The position numbers were made by a program, and so were the translations under genes. Positions 1 to 9,877 of a stretch of 64,000 nt of DNA are shown piece by piece. The notes below the pieces were generated by a model. That model did not search any database. It saw nothing but the letters and a program-made list of their open reading frames with translations, and had not been told where the DNA came from. Positions within the stretch are counted from its first letter, which is position 1. Each line of letters starts with the position of its first letter. This DNA is from an uncultured Bacilli bacterium (GTDB taxonomy: Bacteria > Bacillota_I > Bacilli_A > RF39 > UBA660), in contig CAOOMX010000001.1 in the NCBI GenBank assembly GCA_948497845.1, positions 14,753-78,752 on the forward strand, read 5' to 3'.

Positions 1-583
1 TATTATTACTACCCTTGTCTATCGTAGCTATTCCTGTAAAATCTGTCATAAATTCATTACTTGTTGTATATAATACTTTTTTATTGCTGTGTGCTAAGAT
101 GTAATTTCCTATCGCTTGCATTAAGTGTGTCTTTCCTAGACCACTTCTTCCATATATAAATAAGGGATTGTGAATGGTTCCAGGGGCTTCTGCTACAGCT
201 CTTGCTGCTACGAAGGCCAAACGATTTGAATTTCCTACAACATAATTGTCAAAATTGAATTTGGCATCTAAATTAGATTCCCATTTGGTTACCTTTTCTT
301 TTTTTTCTTCAAAAACTGGGGGACTGAATTCTTCTATTTCATCATCAGTAACATATTTAAACGTATAATTCATACCTGTTAAAGAAAAAAAGGTTGTATC
401 AATTAGCTCTTGATATGTTTCCCCTAACATCTGTTTATGTATTTCCATTGGTACTTTAATGGTAATAATGTTGTTATTAATTGATATTAGTTCAAGTTTT
501 GAAAACCATATTACATATGTATTTTGTGTAACTTGATTCGATATTTCTGCTAAAAATTGTTTAAAAAGTATATCAGTTTTCAA
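1..583 (-). CDS. dnaA: Chromosomal replication initiator DnaA, N-terminal part (5' partial in window; TTG start at 581-583)
   Basis: Reverse-strand translation reads MKTDILFKQFLAEISNQ...GRSGLGKTHLMQAIGNY (Walker A). A GGGGTGAGG Shine-Dalgarno sits upstream of the TTG. The gene diverges from a DnaA-box cluster. Confidence 0.85.
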   Translation of the reverse strand, partial: MKTDILFKQFLAEISNQVTQNTYVIWFSKLELISINNNIITIKVPMEIHKQMLGETYQELIDTTFFSLTGMNYTFKYVTDDEIEEFSPPVFEEKKEKVTKWESNLDAKFNFDNYVVGNSNRLAFVAARAVAEAPGTIHNPLFIYGRSGLGKTHLMQAIGNYILAHSNKKVLYTTSNEFMTDFTGIATIDKGSNN

Positions 584-639
584 AACCTCACCCCACTAAC
601 ACTGTTTCCCATCTAAATTGTAATATAAATATTTAGAAA

Positions 640-1010
640 AGAAAAGAGAAAAATGTTAAAAACATATTGTCCACATATTTATTCACAGGAAAATGCCCTT
701 AAACACTGGCTTCGTATGAGTTTTCCACACTATCAACAAAATGCATTACAAACTATCCCCAAAATAAGAAAAGTTATAAACATCGTGTTGGTTTAATTTT
801 GTTGATTTTGTTGGAAGTTATCCCCATTTTATCCACAATCCCCAAAGTACCCTTAAAATGCCTTTATTTAAGGGATTATACTATGTTAGGTAATTGGGGA
901 TAAATAAAAAAGAAGTGAAAAATATGTGTGTATAATGTAAAAATAAGGTGGAAAATGGCAAATATTGATGTGGATAAGTAGGAAGTTATTCACAAATACA
1001 TTTATTAGAC
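640..1010. other. oriC-like DnaA-box cluster (boxes near 667, 679, 721, 818, 829, 969 rc, 986) in an AT-rich intergenic region
   Basis: Perfect TTATCCACA at 829-837 and its reverse complement TGTGGATAA at 969-977. One-mismatch variants TTGTCCACA, TTATTCACA (x2), TTTTCCACA and TTATCCCCA lie nearby. The position is next to dnaA. Confidence 0.6.
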
Positions 1011-1064
1011 ATTTACTTGGGATGTTTTTTCTTTTCTTCTTAAAAAAAATTTTGTATAATTAGA

Positions 1065-1892
1065 ATGGAGAAGCCTATGAAGAAAATTGCTATATTATCA
1101 GATATACATGCAAATAAATATGTTTTAGATTTAGTTCTTGATCAATTAAAGAAAGAATCAATTGATGAATATATTGTTTGTGGTGATATGATTACAGATG
1201 GATATCAATCTAATGAAGTTTTAAATCAAGTAAAAGCATTAACAGATCATGTTGTTTTTGGTAATCGTGAGGAAAAAATATTTTCTTATGATGGTTTTTC
1301 ATGGGATGAATTTAGTAGAAATGCATCTTATTTGTATACTTTTAATAGCCTTAGTAGGGAAAATTATCTTTATTTAAAAACATTGCCTATATATAAGGTT
1401 ATTGAAATAGAGGGAAAAAAGATTTGTATTTCTCATGGGAGTCCTTTTTATATTAAAGATAAAGTAGATAAGGAAAGAACTGCTTTGTTTGATGAATTGT
1501 TAAAGCATATTTCAGCAAATATTTACTTGTTTGGGCATACGCATGATGCTTTTTATAGTTTTTATAAAGGAAGTCTATTTATTAATCCGGGTGCCATTAG
1601 TTTAGCGGCTGGAAAAAAGTGTGTTGCTACTTATGGTATTCTTACTATTGATGATGGAAAAGTACTTTATGAGGAGAGAAGTTGTCCTTTTTCTTTTTCG
1701 TCTTTAAAAAATTATTATTTCCAAGATAAGTATCATGATGCTTGTATAGAGTGGTGTAATATCATTTTATATACGATGAAATTAGGGGTTAATCATTGTG
1801 AGAAATTTATCTCTTTTTTAGAGAGCCATTCTTTAAGCTGGCATGATGCCTTCCTTGAATATATGAAAAAGGAAGATTTAGAAATTTTATAG
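1065..1892 (+). CDS. Metallophosphoesterase (YfcE/MJ0936-like calcineurin-family phosphodiesterase)
   Basis: Motifs DIHAN, GDMITDGY, GNRE and GHTHDAFY typical of calcineurin-like phosphoesterases. Confidence 0.6.
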   Translation: MEKPMKKIAILSDIHANKYVLDLVLDQLKKESIDEYIVCGDMITDGYQSNEVLNQVKALTDHVVFGNREEKIFSYDGFSWDEFSRNASYLYTFNSLSRENYLYLKTLPIYKVIEIEGKKICISHGSPFYIKDKVDKERTALFDELLKHISANIYLFGHTHDAFYSFYKGSLFINPGAISLAAGKKCVATYGILTIDDGKVLYEERSCPFSFSSLKNYYFQDKYHDACIEWCNIILYTMKLGVNHCEKFISFLESHSLSWHDAFLEYMKKEDLEIL

Positions 1893-1937
1893 TATATTGT
1901 ATATTTTGAACATAAAATATAATGAAAGGGTAAGAAA

Positions 1938-2618
1938 ATGAAAGAAAAGCCAATAGTAGGAATTATAGCGACGAGTAATTATATGAAGACAAATGATACT
2001 TTTCAAGATACGTATCGTTATGGAAATAATTATGTGAAAAAACTTATGGCTGAAGGAGCGATTCCTTATTTTATTCCTCTTTTAGATGATGGAGTTATTT
2101 TAGATTCACTTTGTATTTGTGATGGTTTATTAATTCCAGGTGGATCTGAGATAAAACCGTTTCATTTTGATATTATAGATTATTTTTATAAAAGGAATAA
2201 GCCTATTTTGGGGATTTGTTTGGGGATGCAAGCTTTGGCAGCTTATTTTCAAAAAGATAAAAAAATACTTAAACGAATTGATAATGGTGTAGATCATCAT
2301 CCGGTTGTTTTAACTAGGGATAACGAAACTACACTTGCTCATGAAATAAAAATAGAAAAAGAATCCTTATTATATAGTATTATAAAAAAGGATTGAGTAA
2401 TGGTAAATAGTGTACATAAAAGTACGATAATTAGTGCAGGAGATGATTTAAAAGTAGTTGCTAGATCAAATGATGGTTTAATAGAGGGGATAGAATATAA
2501 AGATGATGCTTGTTTTATTTTAGGACTTCAATTTCATCCAGAGATTCTTTCTCAGTTTGATGTTATTTTTGCTTATTTTATAAATGAATGTGAAAAAAGA
2601 AAGAATAATCTATGTTAA
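1938..2618 (+). pseudogene. Class I glutamine amidotransferase / peptidase C26 (gamma-glutamyl hydrolase-like) interrupted by an in-frame TGA at 2394-2396
   Basis: ORFs 1938..2396 and 2400..2618 are in the same frame, separated only by TGA. The first part carries the nucleophile motif GICLGMQ. The second carries the His/Glu motif LQFHPE. Together they make one enzyme of about 227 aa. Confidence 0.6.
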
Positions 2619-2654
2619 ATTTTGTGTAATCAATAAAAATAAGGCATAAAAGCT

Positions 2655-2683
2655 TGACTTATTTTAGTTTTTAATATTATAAT
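2655..2683 (+). promoter_or_regulatory. Sigma-A type promoter for rpmH-rnpA-yidC operon (TTGACT, 17 nt spacer, TATAAT)
   Basis: TTGACT at 2655-2660 and TATAAT at 2678-2683. A GGAG Shine-Dalgarno and the rpmH ATG follow about 30 nt later. Confidence 0.6.
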
Positions 2684-2715
2684 ATGATAGCAATTTAAAG
2701 AAAAGGAGTGAAAGC

Positions 2716-2838
2716 ATGAAAAGAACTTATCAACCGAACAAAAGAAAACAAGCTAAAAAACATGGATTTTTTGCAAGAAAAAATACTGATATAATGAACA
2801 AGCGTCGTAGAAAAGGTCGCAAAGTACTTTGTAAATAA
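2716..2838 (+). CDS. rpmH: 50S ribosomal protein L34 (not in the ORF track because it is small)
   Basis: Translation [45 protein letters not shown] Shine-Dalgarno lies 8 nt upstream. The gene is immediately followed by rnpA. Confidence 0.85.
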   Translation: MKRTYQPNKRKQAKKHGFFARKNTDIMNKRRRKGRKVLCK

Positions 2839-2842
2839 GAAA

Positions 2843-2870
2843 AGCCACAATTTTATGTGGCATTTTTTTT
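2843..2870 (+). terminator. Intrinsic terminator/attenuator after rpmH (GCCACA...TGTGGC stem followed by a T9 run)
   Basis: Hairpin at 2844-2861 followed by tttttttt. Confidence 0.55.
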
Positions 2871-2882
2871 GAAGGATTAATT

Positions 2883-3209
2883 ATGAAAAGATATGAAATG
2901 GTAAAAAGACATGATGATTTCAATTTGATTATAGGGAAGAATAATAAAATAAAGTCTCATTATTTTATACTTTTTTCTATGGAAAAAGACGAAGTAAAGC
3001 CTCATTTCGGAATTGCTGTTGGAAAAAAGATAGGAAATGCTGTTATTAGAAATAAAATGAAAAGAAGAGTACGTAATATTATTGATTCTAATAAGTTACT
3101 ATTTAAAAAATATCATAATTATATTATAATGGTAAAGAAGGAGTCTGTTGGACTACCTTATGATTTACTAGAAAATGATCTAGTAAGTTTACTACGAAAG
3201 GATCACTAA
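2883..3209 (+). CDS. rnpA: Ribonuclease P protein component
   Basis: 108-aa basic protein in the rpmH-rnpA-yidC order. FGIAVGKKIGNAVIRNKMKRRVRN matches the RnpA RNR-like motif. Confidence 0.85.
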   Translation: MKRYEMVKRHDDFNLIIGKNNKIKSHYFILFSMEKDEVKPHFGIAVGKKIGNAVIRNKMKRRVRNIIDSNKLLFKKYHNYIIMVKKESVGLPYDLLENDLVSLLRKDH

Positions 3210-4258
3210 TGAAGAAAAATAGATTTATGTTTATCATTTTAGTAGTATGTTTACTTATGACGACAGGTTGTGGAAATAAGAAATTTATTATGGATGATGA
3301 TAAGAAAATAGTGAAGTTTGAAGAAACGGATCAAATGTTACAAAAAGATATTTTATGTCTACCAGATAAAGATGGAGATTTATATCCAATTTATGAGCAA
3401 TACAAGGATCAATTGTATATTTCGTTTGATGAACTACCAGCATGTACGAATTTTAGGATAAATTCAAATGAAAGTTCAGGGTTGTGGGAATTTTTGTTTG
3501 TTAAACCTTTAGCTTATTTAATACTTCAATTAGGTAATTTAGTACGTAATCTGGGTATATCATTAATTTTAATAGGATTAGCAATACGTTTAATTTTATT
3601 ACCATTTACTATAAAGAGTACAAAACAAGCACAAAATATGAAAAAAGCTCAACCAGAGATTGAAAGACTTGAAAAAAAATATCGTAATCGAACAGATAAT
3701 GAAGCTTTAATGGCTAAGAGTCAAGAAATAATGATGATTTATAAAAAATATAAAGTCAATCCTATGACAGGTTGTTTATTATCTTTTATTCAATTACCAG
3801 TATTCTTTGCTTTCTTGCAAGCTATATACCGTGTGCCTGCGATTTATGAAGAAACATTATTAGGTTTTAATTTAGGAATGAGTCCGTTAAAAGGAATTAC
3901 AACTGGAAATTATCTATATATTTTATTGTTAATTTTAATTGTTGTATCAACTTATTTCTCATTTAAGCAAACCCTTAGCCAAGCTCCTCAAACATCTCCA
4001 GAAGCTGCTAGTCAAATGAAAATCATGGTTTATGTGATGTTAGTTGTTATTGTTTATGCATCCTTTTCATTGCCAACAGCGTTAGCATTCTATTGGATAG
4101 TAACCTATGCCTTTATAGCTATTCAAAATATAGTACTTAATTATATTAATAATAAAACTTTTGGAGGAACAAATTCTAAGAGTAAAGAAAAAAGTAGGGA
4201 AAAGATTAAGGATAAGCTAGCGAGGAAAGAAGGTATGAAGTATGGAAAGAATAACTAA
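3209..4258 (+). CDS. yidC: Membrane protein insertase YidC/SpoIIIJ family (lipoprotein type)
   Basis: N-terminal lipobox LLMTTGC. Multiple TM segments and a YidC-like paddle. Conserved position after rnpA. Confidence 0.85.
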   Translation: MKKNRFMFIILVVCLLMTTGCGNKKFIMDDDKKIVKFEETDQMLQKDILCLPDKDGDLYPIYEQYKDQLYISFDELPACTNFRINSNESSGLWEFLFVKPLAYLILQLGNLVRNLGISLILIGLAIRLILLPFTIKSTKQAQNMKKAQPEIERLEKKYRNRTDNEALMAKSQEIMMIYKKYKVNPMTGCLLSFIQLPVFFAFLQAIYRVPAIYEETLLGFNLGMSPLKGITTGNYLYILLLILIVVSTYFSFKQTLSQAPQTSPEAASQMKIMVYVMLVVIVYASFSLPTALAFYWIVTYAFIAIQNIVLNYINNKTFGGTNSKSKEKSREKIKDKLARKEGMKYGKNN

Positions 4259-4847
4259 AGAGGGAAAAGATTTAGAAACTGTTTTAAATGCTATTTTAGA
4301 AGAAAATAATCTAGAAAAAGAAGATATCGTTTATACAAGTTGTGAAAAAAAAGGAAAGTTATTTCAAGGTAATTTAATAGAAGTTACCCTCATGCCAAAG
4401 ACAAGTATTTATGATGAAGTAAAAAGTTTTCTAAAAGAAGTCATTGAAGGATTAGGTTTAGAAGTACAATTTGAGGTTATTACTAAAGAAGAGAGAACTA
4501 CTATAAAGATGTATTCTGATAATAATGCAATTCTTATTGGAAAAAATGGTCAAACAATTAAAGCTTTAGAAACCATTGTTAAACAAATGCTTCAAAGTAG
4601 ATACAATATACATTTTAGAGTTAGTTTGGATGTAGAAAATTATAAAGCAAAAAGAGAAAAGAATTTAAGTCGTATGGCTTGGCAATTGGCAAAAGAAGTT
4701 GTGCGTACAAAAATGCCTGTTTCTATGGACAATATGTCAAGTTATGATCGTAGAGTGGTTCATAATGCCTTAACTAATTTCAAAGGTATAAGAACAGAAA
4801 GTGAAGGAGAAGAACCAAATCGTCATATTGTTATTAAACCAGAATAG
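4242..4847 (+). CDS. jag: RNA-binding protein Jag/KhpB (KH + R3H domains)
   Basis: Conserved position after yidC. KH-like GKNGQTIKALE and an R3H-like C-terminus. Confidence 0.75.
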   Translation: MERITKEGKDLETVLNAILEENNLEKEDIVYTSCEKKGKLFQGNLIEVTLMPKTSIYDEVKSFLKEVIEGLGLEVQFEVITKEERTTIKMYSDNNAILIGKNGQTIKALETIVKQMLQSRYNIHFRVSLDVENYKAKREKNLSRMAWQLAKEVVRTKMPVSMDNMSSYDRRVVHNALTNFKGIRTESEGEEPNRHIVIKPE

Positions 4848-4870
4848 AGAAGCCACAGCTTCTTTTTTTA
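4848..4870 (+). terminator. Intrinsic terminator after jag (GAAGC-cacA-GCTTC stem followed by T7)
   Basis: Hairpin at 4849-4862 followed by ttttttt. Confidence 0.5.
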
Positions 4871-4957
4871 TGAATTAAAGTTATACAAATAATAATCATC
4901 AGTTATTTTAATTGTAGTATCATACGGTAGAATAAAGAAAAGAAGTATGGTGGATGT

Positions 4958-5290
4958 ATGAAAAATCTAAAAATATTAAGAGAAAAGAAAAAGAAAAATC
5001 AATTAAATGTAGCAATGAATGTAGGAGTATCGCAAGAGATGATTTGTAAGTATGAATCTGGTGAAGTTTATCCAAGTGTTGCCGTATTAATAAGACTTGC
5101 TAAATTTTTAGATACAAGTACTGATTATCTTTTAGGCCTTACAGATAATCCATTACCAGTTACGGTTTTAGAAGGAATTAATCTAAATAAAGAAGAGATG
5201 GAGTTAATTCAAAAGTTTACGTATTTAGCGGTGGAAGATAAGTTAAAATTGATGGGGTATATCGATGCTTTAACAACGATAAAAAACTAG
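4958..5290 (+). CDS. XRE-family helix-turn-helix transcriptional regulator
   Basis: HTH_XRE signature (QLNVAMNVGVSQEMICKYESGEVYPSVAVLIRLAKFLDTSTDYLLG). Inserted between jag and mnmE. Confidence 0.6.
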   Translation: MKNLKILREKKKKNQLNVAMNVGVSQEMICKYESGEVYPSVAVLIRLAKFLDTSTDYLLGLTDNPLPVTVLEGINLNKEEMELIQKFTYLAVEDKLKLMGYIDALTTIKN

Positions 5291-5342
5291 ACTTTATTGA
5301 TGTAAAATGGTACAATACTTTCGAAAGTTTTAGGTGGTTTTC

Positions 5343-6698
5343 ATGGAAGATACTATTTGTGCCGTTGCGACGACGCCTGGGATTGGGGCAATTTCTATTG
5401 TTCGTGTAACAGGTATTGATGCTATTAAAATTGTAAATTCTATTTTTCGTGGAAAAAATTTAGAGAAGATGTCAAGTCATAGTGTTATTTATGGACATAT
5501 TGTGTTTCAAGAGAAAGTTATTGATGAAGTATTAGTTATTCTTATGAAAGGACCAAAGACATATACAACAGAAGATACTGTGGAAATAAATTGTCATGGT
5601 GGGATGAACACAACAAATAAAGTTATGGAAGTTTTGTTAAAAAATGGATGCCGATTAGCAGAGCCAGGCGAATTTACTAAACGGGCATTTTTGAATGGAA
5701 GAATTAATCTTTTGGAGGCGGAATCAGTTAATGATTTAATCGTAGCTAAAACAGATGCTTCTAGGGTTTTGGCGCTTAATAATGTAGATGGAAAGCTTAC
5801 TAAAGTTATTCAAAATTTAAGGGAGAAAATGGTGAAGTTAATCTCTAATATTGAAGTAAATATTGATTATCCAGAATATCAAGATGAAGTACAAATTACA
5901 AGAGATTTATTAGAGAAGTATTTGAAAGAAATTACGGATGAGTTACATTTTTTAGTAAGTGGGGCTAAGTCTGGAAGAATAGTCAAAAATGGTATAAATG
6001 TAGCTATTATAGGTAGTCCTAATGTGGGAAAAAGTAGTATATTAAATCATTTATTAGATGAAGAAAAAGCGATTGTAACGGATATTGCTGGAACAACTAG
6101 GGATATTGTAGAAGGTTCTATTTCTTTGAATGGAGTGCAAGTTAACTTTATTGATACTGCAGGTATTCGTGATACGGAAGATGTTGTTGAAAAAATTGGT
6201 GTGGATAAAAGTAAACAGATGGCTCAAAATGCCGATTTAATTCTTTTTGTTTTAAATGCAAATAATGCTATTACAGAGGAAGAGTTGTTGTTACTTCATC
6301 AATTGGATAAAGAAAAAGTAGTTGTTTTTATTAACAAAAATGATTTAAAGATAAATATATCTTTGGAAAAACTTAATGATTATCCTATTATTTATGGAAA
6401 TACTATTGATGTAAAGGGATTAGATGGTTTAAAAGCTGCTATAGAAGAAAAATTTTCTTTAGAAAGTATTGTTAATCAAGATATGTGCTATTTATCTAAT
6501 CTTCGTCAGATAGATTTAATAGAAAAGGCTAGTGCATCTATTCAAAATGCTTGGAATTCTTTTCAAAATGGAATGGATGTTGATTTAGTGGAAATAGATA
6601 TTAGAGAAGCATGGGAGATTTTAGGAGAACTTATTGGAGAAGCTTCTCCAGAAGAACTTGTTGATAATATTTTTAGTCATTTTTGTCTTGGGAAATAA
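5343..6698 (+). CDS. mnmE: tRNA modification GTPase MnmE (TrmE)
   Basis: G1-G4 motifs (GSPNVGKSS, DTAG, NKND). C-terminal CLGK tetrapeptide. ATG at 5343 has a better Shine-Dalgarno than the track start at 5334. Confidence 0.9.
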   Translation: MEDTICAVATTPGIGAISIVRVTGIDAIKIVNSIFRGKNLEKMSSHSVIYGHIVFQEKVIDEVLVILMKGPKTYTTEDTVEINCHGGMNTTNKVMEVLLKNGCRLAEPGEFTKRAFLNGRINLLEAESVNDLIVAKTDASRVLALNNVDGKLTKVIQNLREKMVKLISNIEVNIDYPEYQDEVQITRDLLEKYLKEITDELHFLVSGAKSGRIVKNGINVAIIGSPNVGKSSILNHLLDEEKAIVTDIAGTTRDIVEGSISLNGVQVNFIDTAGIRDTEDVVEKIGVDKSKQMAQNADLILFVLNANNAITEEELLLLHQLDKEKVVVFINKNDLKINISLEKLNDYPIIYGNTIDVKGLDGLKAAIEEKFSLESIVNQDMCYLSNLRQIDLIEKASASIQNAWNSFQNGMDVDLVEIDIREAWEILGELIGEASPEELVDNIFSHFCLGK

Positions 6699-6737
6699 TT
6701 AAAATATTTCCCGGGAAATATTTAGGAGTGATTTCAA

Positions 6738-7250
6738 TTGATACGTATTGCGGTAGAAGAAGATGTAAGTACAATTATGGATATTGTTAGTAAAATAAAG
6801 GAAGAAATGAATAGGGCTAATAATCCTCAGTGGGATGTTGCATATCCTTTAGCTTGTCATTTTCTTGAAGATATAAAACAAAAAGCATTATATGTTTATG
6901 AATATGAAAAGAAAGTAGTTGGGTTTATTACTATTTTAGAGGATGTAGAAGATGAGTATATAAGTGTTTTAGAATCTTCTAAAGATAGAGCTTTTATTGT
7001 CCATCGTTTAGGTGTAGAGGCTTCTTTTAGAAAAATGGGTATAGCTCAAAACTTAATGCAATATGCAGAAGATTTAGCAAGAAAAAGTAATGTTTATTTG
7101 ATTAAGGCGGATACTGAGTTCAGTAATGTTAAAATGAATCATTTATTTAATAAGATGGGATATAGGAAAATTACTACCTTTGTTTGGCCAAATGTAGATA
7201 GTACATTTAATTATTATGAAAAAAGATTAGGAGGTGAAAAAAATGTATGA
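6738..7250 (+). CDS. GNAT family N-acetyltransferase
   Basis: Acetyl-CoA binding motif RLGVEASFRKMGIAQNLMQYAEDLA. About 170 aa. Ends in TGA, overlapping the mnmG start. Confidence 0.6.
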   Translation: MIRIAVEEDVSTIMDIVSKIKEEMNRANNPQWDVAYPLACHFLEDIKQKALYVYEYEKKVVGFITILEDVEDEYISVLESSKDRAFIVHRLGVEASFRKMGIAQNLMQYAEDLARKSNVYLIKADTEFSNVKMNHLFNKMGYRKITTFVWPNVDSTFNYYEKRLGGEKNV

Positions 7251-9105
7251 TGTTATTGTTGTAGGGGGAGGTCATGCTGGTTGTGAAGCTTGTCATATAG
7301 CTGCTAAAATGGGTAAAAAGACCTTATTAGTTACAGGAAATATTGAAAATATTGCAGATATGCCTTGTAATCCTTCGATTGGGGGAACTGCTAAAGGAAT
7401 TATTGTGCGAGAAGTTGATGCTCTTGGGGGATTAATGGGAGTTGTTGCAGATAAAAGTCATATTCAAATAAAGATGCTTAATCCTTCAAAAGGTCCTGCT
7501 GTTCGGTCTTTGCGAGCACAAGCAGATAAAATTACGTATCCTAAAAATATGCAAAAAGAATTATTTAATACTAATGGATTAGAGATAAAAGAAGCTATGA
7601 TCGAAGATCTAATCGTAAATAATAATAAAGTTACAGGAGTCATTACTAAAGATGGAGAAAAAATTGATGGTAAAACAGTTATTTTGACAACTGGTACATA
7701 TTTAAAAGGAAATATTTTAATTGGAGCAGAAAATACGCCGAGTGGTCCTCATGGGGAAGAGCGAAGCAATTATTTATCTGATAAATTAAAAGAATATGGT
7801 CTTAAAATTATTCGTCTAAAAACAGGAACACCTCAAAGAATTGATGCAAAGTCTATCGATTTTGATGTTTTACAAAAGGAAGTTGGAGATAATTGTTATT
7901 GGACGTTTAGTAACGATAATCTTCCTTCTTATAAACTGGATGAACAACAACCTTGCTATTTAATTTATACGAATGAAAAAACGCATGATATCATTCGAAA
8001 GAATTTAGAAAAGTCAGCTATGTATGGCGGTTATGCTACAGGTGTTGGTCCTAGATATTGTCCTTCTATTGAGGATAAAATTGTACGTTTTAGTGATAAG
8101 GAACGTCATCAGCTATTTTTAGAGCCGGAAAGTTTGTTTTATGATGATTGGTATTTACAAGGTTTTTCTACTTCCATGCCTAGAGATGTTCAAGAATTAA
8201 TGGTACATAGCTTAAAAGGCTTAGAACATGCTGTTATAAATAAGTATGCATATGCTATTGAATATGATGCTATTGATCCTTTACAAATTAAACCATCTTT
8301 AGAAAATAAAATATTAGAAAATTTATTTACGGCTGGGCAAATAAATGGGACTAGTGGGTATGAAGAAGCTGCAGGTCAAGGTATTATTGCAGGTATAAAT
8401 GCTTGTTTAAAAATTGATGATAAAGAACCTTTGATATTAAAAAGAAGTGATGCTTATATTGGTGTTTTGATTGATGATTTAGTTACAAAGGGTACGATTG
8501 AACCATATAGAATGCTTACATCACGAGCTGAATTTCGTCTTTTGTTGCGACATGATAATGCTGATTTAAGACTTCGCGATTATGCATATAAATTGGGTAC
8601 AATAAGCAAAGATCAATACAATAGATTGTGTGAAAAAAGACAGAATATTCAAGATTTAATTCAATATTTAAAAAATCAACATTTAAAATTAACTGATGCT
8701 ATTAAAAAAGTATTTATAGATCATCAAATAGATATTCCAAGTGCCAGTATGTCTTTTTATGATTTATTAAAAAGACCAGAAATAACGATGGCGTTTATTG
8801 AACTAATTTTGCCGATAGAAGAGTCAGATGAAATTAAAGAACAAGTCCAAATAGAAATAAAATATGAGGGATATATAAAGAAAACCTATAAAGAAGTAGA
8901 AAAGTTATTGAAATTAGAAGAAAAAGAAATACCTGATGATATTGATTATACAAATGTTAAGAATTTAGCTACTGAAGCGCGTCAGAAATTAGCGGCGGTA
9001 CGTCCTAAAACGATTGCTCAAGCAATGCGTATAAGTGGTGTTAATCCTGTGGATATTTCGGTTTTAAGTGTTTATTTAAAAAAGGAGTATAATAGTTCAT
9101 TATAA
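7246..9105 (+). CDS. mnmG: tRNA uridine 5-carboxymethylaminomethyl modification enzyme MnmG (GidA)
   Basis: FAD motif MYDVIVVGGGHAGCEA. Long C-terminal domain. AGGAGGTG Shine-Dalgarno 7 nt upstream of ATG 7246. Confidence 0.9.
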   Translation, partial: YDVIVVGGGHAGCEACHIAAKMGKKTLLVTGNIENIADMPCNPSIGGTAKGIIVREVDALGGLMGVVADKSHIQIKMLNPSKGPAVRSLRAQADKITYPKNMQKELFNTNGLEIKEAMIEDLIVNNNKVTGVITKDGEKIDGKTVILTTGTYLKGNILIGAENTPSGPHGEERSNYLSDKLKEYGLKIIRLKTGTPQRIDAKSIDFDVLQKEVGDNCYWTFSNDNLPSYKLDEQQPCYLIYTNEKTHDIIRKNLEKSAMYGGYATGVGPRYCPSIEDKIVRFSDKERHQLFLEPESLFYDDWYLQGFSTSMPRDVQELMVHSLKGLEHAVINKYAYAIEYDAIDPLQIKPSLENKILENLFTAGQINGTSGYEEAAGQGIIAGINACLKIDDKEPLILKRSDAYIGVLIDDLVTKGTIEPYRMLTSRAEFRLLLRHDNADLRLRDYAYKLGTISKDQYNRLCEKRQNIQDLIQYLKNQHLKLTDAIKKVFIDHQIDIPSASMSFYDLLKRPEITMAFIELILPIEESDEIKEQVQIEIKYEGYIKKTYKEVEKLLKLEEKEIPDDIDYTNVKNLATEARQKLAAVRPKTIAQAMRISGVNPVDISVLSVYLKKEYNSSL

Positions 9106-9119
9106 AAAGGAGAGCTCAC

Positions 9120-9839
9120 ATGAAAGAAGATATGTTTAAATTAGAAGTAGAAAAATTAGGAGTATATTGCACTGATGAAATGTTAGATAAATTAAAATTA
9201 TATTGTGCTTTTTTATTAGAGTATAATAAACATACTAACTTAACTGCTATTAGAAATGAAAAAGATGTATATTTAAAACATTTTTATGACTCTTTAACTT
9301 TAGTAAAAGCAGTTAATTTAAATCAAATAAGTACTTTTTTAGATATTGGAAGTGGAGCAGGCTTTCCAGGAATTGTCTTAAAAATTTTTTATCCGCATTT
9401 ATCTGGTACATTAATCGATTCTAATAATAAGAAAACTACCTTCTTAAAAGCTCTTGTGGAAAAGTTAGAACTTATCAACATAGAAATTGTAAATGATAGA
9501 ATAGAAAATTATAGTAAAAATCACTTAAATTGTTTTGATTTGGTAACAGCAAGAGCAGTTACAAATATGCGTGTGTTAGCAGAACTTGCTCTTCCTTTAG
9601 TAAAACCAAACGGTTTTTTAGTTGCTATGAAAGGTAAAGTAGAAGATGAATTTAAAGAAGCTCAAGATACTATTTCCATTATGGGAGGAGAATTAGTTGA
9701 AACAATTAGCTTCACTTTAATACAAGAGAATAGTGATAGATCACTGGTAAAATTGAAAAAGTTACGTGAAACTTTATTGAGTGAAGTAAGAACGTATGAT
9801 AAAATCGTAAAAAAGCCATTGCAAAAGAATGACAAATAG
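9120..9839 (+). CDS. rsmG: 16S rRNA (guanine527-N7)-methyltransferase RsmG (GidB)
   Basis: SAM-binding LDIGSGAGFPGIVLK. Conserved position after mnmG. Confidence 0.85.
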   Translation: MKEDMFKLEVEKLGVYCTDEMLDKLKLYCAFLLEYNKHTNLTAIRNEKDVYLKHFYDSLTLVKAVNLNQISTFLDIGSGAGFPGIVLKIFYPHLSGTLIDSNNKKTTFLKALVEKLELINIEIVNDRIENYSKNHLNCFDLVTARAVTNMRVLAELALPLVKPNGFLVAMKGKVEDEFKEAQDTISIMGGELVETISFTLIQENSDRSLVKLKKLRETLLSEVRTYDKIVKKPLQKNDK

Positions 9840-9877
9840 AGTAGAATTATTGTATAAGGTAAAGGGTTGATTAAGTC

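Noticed and set aside
2394-2396. TGA decoded as Trp (genetic code 4) or as selenocysteine
   Set aside because: Many genes in the window terminate with TGA (e.g. 7248-7250, RhuM). prfB (RF2, which reads UGA) is present with its UGA-dependent frameshift site. Trp is encoded by TGG throughout. No SECIS-like hairpin or sel genes were seen.
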